DNA of 63,007 bases, the filler included, from Octopus bimaculoides (taxonomy: Eukaryota): the NCBI RefSeq assembly GCF_001194135.2. It is 6 parts of 6 records of this genome, joined end to end, with 100 filler letters (N's around TTAATTAATTAA, not from the genome) between each part and the next. Parts side by side here need not be neighbours in the genome. Positions count along the whole stretch, not along the records: positions 21,578 to 40,107 come from NC_068988.1; 5 more parts are not named here. One strand, written 5' to 3'. Shown piece by piece: positions 25,026-37,175 of this stretch; within the stretch, counting starts at the first letter, position 1; each line of letters opens with the position of its first letter. The notes under the pieces are model-generated. The model was given only the letters and a program-made list of their open reading frames with translations. It had not been told where the DNA came from and did not search any database. A program made the position numbers and the translations under genes.

Positions 25026-25345
25026 CATGTGGCCAAGTGGTTGAGGTATTCAGCTCGCAATCATAAGACTGTGAGTTTGATACCTGACAGCGTTTTGTGT
25101 CTTTGAACAAGACACTTTATTTCATGTTGCTCCAGTCCACTCAGCTGGCAAAAGGGAGTAGTGCCTATAAATCAAAGGGCCGGCCTTGTCACATTCTGTG
25201 TCATGCTGAATCTCCCTGTGAACTACATTAAAGGTACACTTGTTTGTGGAGTGCTCATCCACTTGCACATTAATTTCATGAGCAGGCTGTTCCATTGGTC
25301 AGATTGACTGGAACCTTCATCGTCATAACTGACTGAGTGCCATAC
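25026..25345 (+). mobile_element. SINE family C
   Basis: tRNA-like head gtggccaagtggttgagg, then the family C core. Confidence 0.8.
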
Positions 25346-25469
25346 ATACACTAAACATGTGGCTATGTTAAAAATAATTATTTCTTTCTGAGGTGCTGAG
25401 AGGAGTGTCACGCATAACCTTGTTAAGTGGATCTGCTGTCAATGTGTAGCTAGGTCAAGTACCTAAATT

Positions 25470-25800
25470 AAAAATTAATATTATTGAAGGTAGTGAAGAA
25501 GGGCTGTCTGTCAGTAAATTTATCTGGAAGAACCTTCTTCCTAAACCAGCAAGAGTGATGTCATTAATGTTTTGCCTAAACCTTTGTAAAAGGAAAGTTA
25601 TAAACAAGGTAAACTGATATTCTGGGATGGAAGAATAGGATGTTGTGATTTGTGTGGGGACAGGAGGTGAGGCAGACATAACAAAGCATTGAGAGGAGAC
25701 AAGGCAAATGGGTCATTAAATACTAGAATGGGGATGGTATGAAGCTATGCAGTTCCAAGAAACAGAGGCCATTATAGTAGGGATAATTGTTATATGGAAC
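25470..25800 (+). mobile_element. Possible decayed L1/Tx1 ORF2 zinc-finger region
   Basis: KFIWKNLLPKPARV..RKVINKVN..VICVGTGGEADITKH weakly resembles the zf-RVT region. Confidence 0.3.
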
Positions 25801-26275
25801 CCTTAGAAGGCAGGGCTATGCTGATTCCACATAACTAACTTAAAGCTTAGCATTCAATCATTACACATTCATAAATTTACCATTAAGCTACCATTCACTG
25901 TTGAAGTGTAGTCAGAAATATCATTAGTTTTTAACAACAGTAACCAATTTAATATTGATGGAGGATGAGAAGAAAGAAATGTTTTATTTTGAGTGAAGTT
26001 AATTTGCGTTAAGTAATTAAATTTTTCAACTAAATCAATACAGTATAGGCCAAGACTGCTTCCTACCTTGAATTAAATCTGTGACTGACTAAATACTATA
26101 AATATACTAGAGTAGTAGTGCACTCACTAACAACAGAAACCTATAAACTGCACTGACAAAAGAAATGAAATTGTTTTACGAATTTCAGCCTCAGTACATC
26201 CATCTATAGATTTCTGGTAGTAAATCTTATGAGTTTATCTATCCAACAAAACCAAAATAAATAAAATAGAAATAT

Positions 26276-26690
26276 AGGCACAAGAGTGACTGTGTGGTAA
26301 GAAGCTTGCTTCCTAACAACATGGTTCCATGTTCAGTGCCACTGTGTGGCACCTTGGGCAAGTGTTTTCTGCTATAGCTTCAAGCCAACCAAAGCTTTGT
26401 GAGTGAATATGGCAGACAGAAACTGAAAGAAGCCCGCTGTGTTTGTGCATGTGTGTGCATGAGAGAAAGAAAGAGAGAGTCTGTGTTTGTGTCTCCTCCA
26501 CTCCACTACTTGACAACCAGTGTTGGTGCTTACATCCCCATAACTTAGCAGTTTGGCAAAAGGGACAGATAGAATAAGTACCAGGTTTTAAAAAAGTACT
26601 GGGGTCGATTCATTCGACTAAAAATTTTTCAAGGTGGTGCTCCAGCAGTCTTACAACTGAAACAAGTAAAAGAATAAAAGAGAAAACGAA
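26276..26690 (+). mobile_element. SINE family A, full length, diverged
   Basis: Head-to-tail similarity to 12351. Confidence 0.85.
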
Positions 26691-27298
26691 AATAAAATAA
26701 AAATTATTTTCATTTTTTTTTTCTTTTCTAGCTTGTTGAATTTCGGTGATTGTATTATTTCTTTATTGGCATTAAATATTCTTCTAAGGTAGATTGTTAG
26801 CTTATTATATTTATAGATCATATTCTTAAACAAAGCTTAAGTAAACATCATCATCATCTTACATGTTTTAGCATTTATTTTTGTATCATAACTGATTTGT
26901 ATTGGCCTTACACCAATAAGGCAGAGAGAAAAAATGTCTCAAGTTGTTTCTTTCTTACTGTTTATAAAGACAGTTAACTGCTTTTTAACATATCTGTCAG
27001 TAAAGTAGGTACTATCAACTATCATTTTCTGCATATGACATGATATATTTGATTTTCTATATTTAATACTCAATATTTCATATATTCAATAAGACATTCA
27101 ACACTTCATTTCATTTTTCATTTTACCATTTAATTTTATAAGAATATAAATAAAACATAAAAAACAGACAGTTGGAACTCTTTTAAATAATATATATATA
27201 TATATATATATATTATTTAAAAGAGTTCCAACTCTGTCTGTTTTTTATGTTTTATTTATATTCTTATAAAATTAAATGGTAAAATATATATATATGGT

Positions 27299-27329
<31 letters not shown>

Positions 27330-27836
27330 TGATATATTGTTNNNNNNNNNNNNNNNNNNNNNNNNNNNNNNNNNNNNNNNNNNNNNNNNNNNNNNNNNNN
27401 NNNNNNNNNNNNNNNNNNNNNNNNNNNNNNNNNNNNNNNNNNNNNNNNNNNNNNNNNNNNNNNNNNNNNNNNNNNNNNNNNNNNNNNNNNNNNNNNNNNN
27501 NNNNNNNNNNNNNNNNNNNNNNNNNNNNNNNNNNNNNNNNNNNNNNNNNNNNNNNNNNNNNNNNNNNNNNNNNNNNNNNNNNNNNNNNNNNNNNNNNNNN
27601 NNNNNNNNNNNNNNNNNNNNNNNNNNNNNNNNNNNNNNNNNNNNNNNNNNNNNNNNNNNNNNNNNNNNNNNNNNNNNNNNNNNNNNNNNNNNNNNNNNNN
27701 NNNNNNNNNNNNNNNNNNNNNNNNNNNNNNNNNNNNNNNNNNNNNNNNNNNNNNNNNNNNNNNNNNNNNNNNNNNNNNNNNNNNNNNNNNNNNNNNNNNN
27801 NNNNNNNNNNNNNNNNNNNNNNNNNNNNNNNNNNNA

Positions 27837-28533
27837 AAACTAGAAGTAGTTGATAGCTTCCGCTACCTAGGTGACCAAGATTGTAGCGGGGGAGGGCGCA
27901 CTGAAAGTGTAGCTGCTAGAATAAGAATAGCCTGGGCAAAGTTTAGAGAGCTCTTACCCCTCCTGGTGACAAAGGGCCTCTCATTCAGAGTAAAAGGCAG
28001 ACTGTATGACGCATGTGTACGAACAGCCATGCTACATGGCAGTGAAACATGGGCCATGACTGCTGAGGACATGTGTAAGCTTGCAAGAAACGAAGCCAGT
28101 ATGTTCCGGTGGATGTGTAATGTTAGTGTGCATACTCGACAGAATGTATGTACCTTGAGAGAAAAGTTAGACCTAAGAAGCATCAGTTGTGGTGTGCAAG
28201 AGAGACAATTGCGCTGGTATGGTCATGTGGCAAGAATGGATGAGGATAGCTGTGTGAAAAAGTGCCACACCCAAGTGGTTGAGGGAACCTGTGAAAGAGG
28301 TAGACCTGGGAAGACCTGGGATGAGACGGTGAAACACGATCTTCAAACATTAGGCCTCAGCGAGGCAATGACTTCTGACCGAGACCTTTGGAATTATGCT
28401 TTGCGTGAAAAGACCCGGCAAGCCAAGTGAGACCATAATCCGAGGCCTCTGCCAGCCCACTTATGCGTACCTTTCCTTCATTGGACACTCAACTCCACTT
28501 GTGAAGACCAGTTGAGGCAAGTGAAATCGAAAG
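27837..28533 (+). mobile_element. RTE-clade LINE 3' end; open frame 27837-28430
   Basis: KLEVVDSFRYLGD..RIRIAWAKFREL..LYDACVRTAMLHGSETW..LRWYGHVARM..RGRPGKTW, then a UTR ending gtgaaatcgaaa. 5' part is in a gap. Confidence 0.92.
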
Positions 28534-29549
28534 ATTTTTTCCAATAATTATTGGAAAATCTTTCCCTGATGACAAAGGTAAGAGATATTGCTCGTTGTGT
28601 AATCTAGAATTATTTTTTATATTATTTTCTAAGGGTAAGTTAATAAATACACTTACATACAATGCTTTCAGATGTAGTCATTTTCTTAGGCATACGTTTT
28701 TTTGGTTTAAATAAATTATAAATTTCAGTATGATCGGGTATTATAATATAATATTAGGCTTAAAAGACAGGATATATTAACTGTATGATTTATTGTTACT
28801 AATAATCTAATTATATATTTGTATTTATTTACTAAAGTTTCTAAAGATAATATAATATAGATTTCCATTAGTTTAGAATTTATTACCAGTGATCAATAAT
28901 TTGTATTATTTGATTGTTTATAATTAATAATATTATTAGGGTTTTCTCCCTTAGACGGACTATTATTTGAGGAGGAATTTTGAATATGGATCAGCCTTAG
29001 AGATTATACATTTTTTTTGTGTTTACTTTTTACCCTGAGGATGTGTAAGGAAATTTACTTATTTAACTTGAATTAAGAGTTGAATTTGACCTTATACAGA
29101 AATGTTTACATAGGTAATAAACTTTAATATATATGGATATTCGCGTCAAAGCTCTTATTTAAATTTTTGATATATATAACCAAGGAGATCGATTCATAAG
29201 GAGTTTACTATAGACCTTTGTNNNNNNNNNNNNNNNNNNNNNNNNNNNNNNNNNNNNNNNNNNNNNNNNNNNNNNNNNNNNNNNNNNNNNNNNNNNNNNN
29301 NNNNNNNNNNNNNNNNNNNNNNNNNNNNNNNNNNNNNNNNNNNNNNNNNNNNNNNNNNNNNNNNNNNNNNNNNNNNNNNNNNNNNNNNNNNNNNNNNNNN
29401 NNNNNNNNNNNNNNNNNNNNNNNNNNNNNNNNNNNNNNNNNNNNNNNNNNNNNNNNNNNNNNNNNNNNNNNNNNNNNNNNNNNNNNNNNNNNNNTATATA
29501 TATAGGTGAGAAAGTTGGTATGTGAAAGCACGTGGTTGGATGTATAAAA

Positions 29550-29728
29550 GATAATAAGAGTGAAAAAACTATAGAAGGCTTGTGTTACTTGGTTAAAGTA
29601 TATATTTAAATTATGTCAGAAAAATGTTTATATACCAAAAAGATTTTATAACATTTTTCTGACATAATTTAAATATATACTTTAACCAAGTAACACAAGC
29701 CTTCTGTAGTTTTTTCACTCTTATTATC
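29550..29728. repeat. Near-perfect inverted repeat, about 82-bp arms with a 14-nt spacer
   Basis: gataataagagtg...aaaatgtttata / tataacatttt...cactcttattatc; one substitution and one indel. Confidence 0.9.
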
Positions 29729-29874
29729 GTGTGTGTGTGTGTGTGTGTGTGCATGCGTGCGTGTGTGTGTGTACACACACACACACACACACACACATAC
29801 ATTGCTTTAATGGAAGGAATGTCACATTTAAGGGAGAGGGCAGCTAGTTTGGTTAAGTTAGAAACACTTCAGAG

Positions 29875-30245
29875 TAGTTGATTGGCAGAATCATTAGAGA
29901 GGTAGAATTTATTCCAGCACTTCAAATTCTTGGTTCAAATCCCACTGAGGTCAACTTTGCCTTTCAGTCCTCCAGAGTCAATAAAATAAAGTACCAGTGA
30001 AGTACTGGAAAGAGATGTCATTGACTAATCCCCAGTACTTGAGGACTGATCATGTACCTATATTAATTATCATTATTATTAAGGCAGTGGGCAAAAATGC
30101 TTAACAGCATTTTGTCCATCTTTACATTCTGAGTTCAAATTCTGCCAAGGTTGACTTTGCCTTGCATCCTTTTGGCATAGACAAAATAAGTACCAGTTGA
30201 GTACTGGGTTTAATTTAATCGATTATCCCCCCTTCCCTGCAAAAT
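29875..30245 (+). mobile_element. Two SINE family B copies
   Basis: gttcaaatcccactgaggtcaactttgcc at about 29930 and gagttcaaattctgccaaggttgac at about 30130. Confidence 0.75.
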
Positions 30246-30249
30246 TGTA

Positions 30250-30490
30250 AGCGGCTAAGCACTCCACAGATACACATGTACCCATAACATAGTTCTCAGG
30301 GTGATTCAGTGTGACACAGAATGTGACTAGGCTAGGCTTTGAATTACATGTACAAATCACTTTTGCCAGCTGAGTGGACTGGAGCAACATGAAATAAAGT
30401 CTCTTGCTCAAAGCACAATACACGGCCAGGAACCAAAGTCATGACTTTACAATCATTAGCCGAACACCCAAACCACTAAGCCATGCACCT
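30250..30490 (-). mobile_element. SINE family C
   Basis: gcactccacagatacacatgtaccc..gagtggactggagcaac. Confidence 0.8.
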
Positions 30491-30899
30491 TCACATATTA
30501 TTATTAATATCATGATTATTATTATCATTATTATTATTATCATTATTATTATTATTATTATCATTATTATTACTATTATTATTATTGCGGATGCCTGATC
30601 TGCAACATTGCAAAACAGTCAATTAGTAGGAAACTTGGTTACAAATTCATCAGATATTGGCCTGATTCTTTTGTTTTTCTTCTTTTCTCAACATTTTATT
30701 GATACTTTCCAACTGAAATCTATAGATGATCTAGCAGCTCGTTAGTTATCTAATTCAGATCAGTGAACTACTGGTGAGGTATTGATTAACATACAGTTTT
30801 GTGCTATAACAATTTTATCTCTAATTATACCTTTAATTTAAACTTTCCAGAACATACCTTGCATATATTAGTGCTACATGTAGTGAAAATCATCATAAT

Positions 30900-31140
30900 C
30901 ACTACCATCATTTTAACGTTCACTTTTCCATGCTCGTATTGGTCTGATGGAATTAGGATGAGGTGGATTTTTCTACAGTTGGATGCCCTTCCTGTCACCA
31001 ACCATTGCTTGTTTCAAAGTAAGGTAACATTTCCCCAAGACTGGACATGTTCTTATGGACGATTAGACATGAAGAACACTACTTACATAAGGATAACACT
31101 CACAACTATCACATGATGTCAAGGCAAGGAGACAGTAATA
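30900..31140 (-). mobile_element. RTE-tailed short retroelement
   Basis: catttta..acgttcacttttccatgc..ggatgcccttcctgtcaccaacc. Confidence 0.6.
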
Positions 31141-31182
31141 CACACACACACACACACAAACACGTACTTGCACATATACTGT

Positions 31183-31336
31183 AGGTTTCTTTTAGCTTCT
31201 GTCTACCATATCCACCATCCACGCATAAGGCTTTGGTCAGCCTGAGGCTATAATATGAGACACTTGCACAAAGTGCCACAGAGCGGTACCGAACCCAGAA
31301 CCATGTGGTTGAGAAACAGTCTTTTTACCACACAGC
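31183..31336 (-). mobile_element. SINE family A head
   Basis: Reverse-complement match. Confidence 0.75.
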
Positions 31337-31727
31337 ATTATCTTTTTTTTTTCTTGTTGTTAATGGCTTTGTTGGAGAAGAATGAACATCTGCTATGATG
31401 AGTTTCCAGAACCTCTGCGATTGGTGATGAGAGAGAGGAAGTTATCCTGAGTGGAATCCCTGAGCTGAAAGCTTACCACAGACTGGAACCCACAAAGGGC
31501 CCACAAAGTCCGAATGGTAGTGTTAAACAGAGTGACACGATTACATCTAGACTCACAAAGAGAAACAGTCCCTTTAATGGGCTTCCACACAGTTTCCATC
31601 TACCAAGGAGCTGTGCCTGAGAAATTCAGCATGTCAATAAAAAACACTTCCAGTGAAGATGTTACCTTCTACCTATTAAGACACTTGACAAAATGCTTAG
31701 CAGTAATTTTTCCAGCTTTACATTCAT

Positions 31728-32030
31728 GGCTCAATCGTGAGGTTGTGAGTTCGAATCCTGGACCGGGCTGTGTGTTGTGTTCTTGAGCAAGACACTTTAT
31801 TTCACATTGCTCCAGTTCACTCAGCTGTAGAAATGAGTTACGATGTCACAGGTGCCAAGCTGTATCAGTCTTTGCCTTTCCTTTGGATAACACTGGTGGC
31901 GTGGAGTGGGGAGGCCGGTATGCATGGGCGACTGCTGGTCTTCCATAAACAACATTGCCTAGACTTGTGCCTGAGAGGGTAACTTTCTAGGTGCAATCCT
32001 GTGGTCAGTCATGACCAAAGGGGGTCTCAG
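31728..32030 (+). mobile_element. SINE family C-related subfamily
   Basis: gagttcgaatcctgg B-box; cttgagcaagacactttatttcac..gctccagttcactcagc. Confidence 0.7.
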
Positions 32031-32337
32031 TAACATTCAGATTCCAAATTCTGGCAAGAATTACCTTTCATCTCTTTTGGGCTGGATAAAATAAGTACCA
32101 GTCGAGTCCTTTCAAGCTTTGTACAAAATATCAAACACACACTCACACACACATATTTTATGGTAATGAGAAGGTGGAAGAGAGACTGCAGTTATAAAAA
32201 TACTAAATAAATAGAACAAAATTCAAAGATGTGATAAACTTCAAACATCATACAATATGTTAGTATTAACATATTATAATGTAGTGATCTAATTAATTGG
32301 TAATTTTCCCCCAGTGATTCATTTTATTCTTTCTTTT

Positions 32338-32493
32338 CTCATTTGTTTCAGTCATGCTGGAGCATTGCCTTTAGTCAAACAAATCGACCCCAGGACTTAT
32401 TTTTGTAAGCTTAGTACTTATTCTAATGGTCTCTATTGCTGAACCACTAGATTACGGGGACGTAAACACAGACACAAATACATACATACACCT

Positions 32494-32535
<42 letters not shown>

Positions 32536-32688
32536 GATGGGCTTCTTTCAGTTTCTGTCTACCTAATCCACTCGCTCAGCCCAAGGCTATGGTAGAAAAC
32601 ACTTGCCTAAGGTGCCATGCAGTAGGACTGAACCTGAAACCATGTGGTTGGAAAACAAGCTTCTTACCACACAGCCACTCCTGCACCT
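32338..32688 (-). mobile_element. SINE family A, near full length
   Basis: Reverse-complement match to 12351. Confidence 0.85.
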
Positions 32689-32789
32689 GTAAATGTCACT
32701 TGAGGTTCCAGCGAGTTATTTATTTATTTTTTACTCTTACAAGTTGTTGTTATTATTATTATTATTATTACTATTATAATTATAATAAT

Positions 32790-32980
32790 AAGGCGGTGAG
32801 TTGGCAGAATTATTAGCACGCTGGACGAATGCTTAGTGGCATTTCATCCATCTTTAAATTCTGAGTTCAAATTCTGCCGAGGTCAACTTTCATCCTTAAG
32901 TACCAGTGAAACACTGGGGTCATTGTAATCAACTAGTCCCCTCCCACAAAATTTCAGGCCTTGTGCCTTTAGTAGAAAAG

Positions 32981-33012
<32 letters not shown>

Positions 33013-33615
33013 GATTATTATTATTATTATTATTATTATTATGATTATTATTATTATTATCATTATTATTTTATAATTATTATTATTATTATTATTAAGG
33101 CAGCGAGCTGCCAGAATCATTAGCACGGCGAGAAAAATGCTTAGTGGCATTTAATTTGCCTTTGCATTCTGAGTTGAAATTCCTCCGAGGTCAACTTTGC
33201 CTTTCATCCTTTTAAGGTCAATAAATTAAATACCAGTGAAACACTGGGGTCAATATAATCAACTAGTCCCCTCCCACAAAATTTCAGGTTTTGTGCCTAT
33301 AGTAGAAATTATAATTATTATTATTATTATTATTAATATTATTATTATTACTATTATTATTATCAAGGCAGCAAGCTGGCAGAAATGTTAGCAGCCTGGG
33401 CACAATGCTTAGCAGCATTTCTTCCATCTTTATATATTCCGGGTTCAAATGCTGTTGAGGGTGACTTTGCCTTTCATCCTTTCAGGGTCAACAAGATAAG
33501 TACCAGTTGTACACTGGAGTCAATGTAATCAATTTAAACCCTCTCCTGAAATTGCTGATTTTGTGGCAAAATTTGAAACCATTACTATTATTATTATTAT
33601 TATTATTATTATTGC
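32790..33615 (+). mobile_element. Array of three SINE family B copies, each followed by (ATT)n
   Basis: Heads at 32790, 33097 and 33365. Confidence 0.88.
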
Positions 33616-34097
33616 TATTACTTTTGTCTCTGTATACATTGTGTAACTTCAGGTAAGTATGATTAAGACGATCTGTTTTTTAAATTCTCAGTGTGTGCTT
33701 CAAGCAAACATACACATCATAGAGTAGTGAGGAGTCTTCAGTTTTAGAGAGTACATGGTAGTAACACTTGTGCTGGTTGACACCATTATAATAAATACCC
33801 AATACACTCTGTAAAACAGTTGGCTGAAAAGTGCAGATGACATACAGTTGAGAGAACTCTTTCATCTTGTTGATGACATAACTTCTCTAGCACTGATGCT
33901 ACAATAAAAAGCATCCAGTATACTCTGTAAAATGGTTAGTGACAGGAAGAGTGTTTAGTCATTATTGCAACCCAGCCATAAATGAAAAGTAATACAAGCA
34001 AGATATACGATCCACCAACCCATCCTGAGGGTCATTAACTTCAAATAAGAACTGATTCAGAGAATGATAATCTATCCAAACCCATGTAGGGGAGGAG

Positions 34098-34129
<32 letters not shown>

Positions 34130-34422
34130 AGAAGAAGGAGGAGGAGGAGGAGNNNNNNNNNNNNNNNNNNNNNNNNNNNNNNNNNNNNNNNNNNNNNNNN
34201 NNNNNNNNNNNNNNNNNNNNNNNNNNNNNNNNNNNNNNNNNNNNNNNNNNNNNNNNNNNNNNNNNNNNNNNNNNNNNNNNNNNNNNNNNNNNNNNNNNNN
34301 NNNNNNNNNNNNNNNNNNNNNNNNNNNNNNNNNNNNNNNNNNNNNNAGGAGGTAGTGGTGGTGGTGGTGGAGGGGGAGGAGGAGGAGAAGAAGAAGAAGA
34401 AGAAGAAGAAGAAGAAGAAGAA

Positions 34423-35150
34423 ACCATTAACAACTGGAGCATTGGGCATGATAAAAAGATATATGAATAAAATACCAGTAATAATTGGAGCATTGGGCAC
34501 AATGAAAAACATGAATAAAATATCAGGAATAATTGGAGCATTGGGCATGATAAAAAAACACATGAATAAAATACTAGTAATAATTGGAACATAGGGCATG
34601 ATAAAAAATATATGAATAAGATACTGGTAATGATTGGAACATGGGGCATGATAAAAAATATATGAATAAAAGACAAGTCATAACTGGATCATTGGGCATG
34701 ATAGAAAAAAACATGAACAAAAATGTAAAGCTATACTTAGATCCTCAACACTACACACTATCCAAAAAATATCCCTGTTAAGAACAGTCCATATTCTACG
34801 CGATACAATATCAATTCAATTTTACAACCAAAACAAAACAATCCACAAGCACAAGATACACTCCATACAGCAAATATCCAATGAAATAAATTACCACCAG
34901 CAGGCCAAATACCCAATGCATTATGCACAAAATACAAACACTAATATAATAAAAGACTGCATTTCAAAAAAAAAAAAAAAAAAACTGGCAAAATACAATA
35001 CTAGGAAGAGTTTGCACACTCCCAACAACAAAAAAGAACACACAGTGCTGCACACACCCCAGCAACACAGAGGTGTAGCAGGTGATACAGAAGAAATTTG
35101 CCTGAAACTATCAAATGTTGAACAATAATGAAAGCTAGTGGGAACCATGA
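34423..35150 (+). mobile_element. R4/Dong-type LINE 3' end containing a six-unit minisatellite of about 50 bp
   Basis: Units encode PVIIGALGMIKKYMNKI, followed by IQKISLLRTVHILRDTISI (ORF end) and a UTR. Confidence 0.75.
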
Positions 35151-35178
35151 ATATTTCACGGAATTAATGGTAAACTTA

Positions 35179-36258
35179 TTAGAACAATGAATTGAACAAT
35201 TCTATTTGTTACAGTCAATGCATTTATAGTTAATACACTGAATTATAGTCAGTTAAATTTATAGTTAACTAGCAGAGAAACCCGGTCTTGCTCGAGATGA
35301 AAATGGCATAGATTTTATTGCTTTACTTGTTTCTGTCATGTGACTGCGGCCATGGTGGAGCGTTTCGTAATATTGTTTACAAAATAAAAGGTGATCAGTT
35401 GCGAAGGAGTGTGTCTACAGTGAACAGTGATGATTTTTGCTCTGGTAACTACTGCTGTCTGCCATGTTCACGCACGACCAGCTATACGTGGGTATGAGTA
35501 GAGCAACGGATTCAGCAAATATGCAAATTAGTTGTGGATAAAGAGAGCAGTAAAAGGAGGAAATTTAAAAAATCTGTTATCTCTGTTACTCTCTGTCTTT
35601 GCACCATCGCTAGAAGGGGATTGAACTCATGTTTGCAAATAATGGCGACTTAAAACTTGTTAGAATTTATGGTTTAAAATTATTTTTAATGCAAAAATTT
35701 ACATGTTAGGAAGCAATGAAAAAAAAAACAAATAGCCGATTCCGGGCATTTTCGACCATGAGGAATCCATTGGTGCGACTCCCAGATTGCTATCTTGTAA
35801 GGTGTGGATTTCTATAGATGCAACACACACACACACTCACAAACTCAGCTATGCTATAGTTATAGATATAGATATACTGCAGTATAGTCAGTTGAATTTA
35901 CAGTTAAGATCGAGAATTATAACTGATTTATAGTGAACTATACTCTAAAGAGTTAACCATTGCTGATAGTTGATCTGTTGAGTTTTGAAAGATGAAAGAT
36001 CATGAATGTTGGGTAATGATCATAATCACAAGCTGCCAAAATGAGGTTCTTCCAAATGATCTTTAGACTAACTATCAGCAATGGTTAACTCTTTAGAGTA
36101 TAGTTCACTATAAATCAGTTATAATTCTCAATCTTAACTGTAAACTCAACTGACTATACTGCAGTATATTAACTATAAATTTAACTGACTATAATTCAGT
36201 GTATTAACTATAAATGCATTGACTGTAACAAATAGAATTGTTCAATTCATTGTTCTAA
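35179..36258. mobile_element. Foldback MITE with 189-bp TIRs; left arm split by a Helitron
   Basis: 35179-35268 plus 35873-35971 is the reverse complement of 36070-36258, with about 2 mismatches; spacer 35972-36069. Confidence 0.85.
35269..35872 (-). mobile_element. Non-autonomous Helitron (A|TC...CTAG|T, no TSD)
   Basis: The empty site is given by the right MITE arm (ttaa|tatact). On the minus strand the element starts TC and ends CTAG, with a degenerate subterminal hairpin. It carries a PIF1-like motif FTHDQLYVGMSRAT. Confidence 0.82.
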
Positions 36259-36788
36259 GCTAGCATGAATGGAATATATCAATAATTTCATATATTTGCA
36301 AGAAGCGTTGGAGTAAGAACTGTTATTAGTTGGATGCCCTTACAAAAATTTACCTTCAAGCATGAAATGGAAGCAATCAAAACTAAACATGAGCTATATG
36401 ATTTATTAAAAAAAAAATAACTTAGAAAAGAAATGATTTAAGAAATAACCAACAAATAAATTCTTATACACATGTACAGCAAACTGCAACTAATTACTCC
36501 CCAAAACAGGTGAACACTAGAGAGTATGAGGTAAGCTCCTAGCAAGTCAAGATTATGGCCTGGTTTTGATTACCAGTTGATGTAAGTTCATCTAATTTAT
36601 TTTTTGGATGCTCTTAAGAATGGAATGAACAGCTTTAAACCTCTATTCTTGTTTTATTAATCTTAACACCTCTGAACATTATCATAGCAAAACCAATAAT
36701 CTAACAACTGACAGTGAACCATTTCTGTTTAGCCATTCCTCCAAAGGGAAATAATTCTGATTTTTAAAAACTTTATCTTTCTTTACTA

Positions 36789-37175
36789 CATTGTGTTGGC
36801 ACTCCGTCGCTTACGACGTCGAGGGTTCCAGTTGATCCGATCAACGGAACAGCCTGCTCGTGAAATTAACGTGCAAGTGGCTGAGCACTCCACAGACATG
36901 TGTACCCTTAACGTAGTTCTCGGGGATATTCAGCATGACACAGTGTGACAAGGCTGACCATTTGAATTACAGGCACAACAGAAACAGGAAGTAAGAGTGA
37001 GAGAAAGTTGTGGTGAAAGAGTACAGCAGGGTTCGCCACCATCCCCTGCCAGAGCCTTGTGGAGCTTTAGGTGTTTTCGCTCAATAAACACTCACAACGC
37101 CCGGTCTGGGAATCAAAACTGCGATCCTATGACCGCGAGTCCGCTGCCCTAACCATTGGGCCATTGCGCCTCCAC
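36789..37175 (-). mobile_element. SINE family C, well preserved
   Basis: CpG-rich copy with a tRNA-like head at about 37100-37175. Confidence 0.88.

Noticed and set aside
26197-26224. Possible 28-nt plus-strand exon after TTTCAG
   Set aside because: Weak donor (GTAGTA), within chance expectation.
27121-27284. Inverted duplication of about 70 bp
   Set aside because: It is centred on (TA)n, lies next to a gap, and differs by a 2-nt indel. This is typical of an assembler folding back through a self-complementary microsatellite onto the other allele.
28534-28577. Possible exon FFPIIIGKSFPDDK with donor GTAAGA
   Set aside because: The only upstream AG lies in the RTE tail and has no pyrimidine tract.
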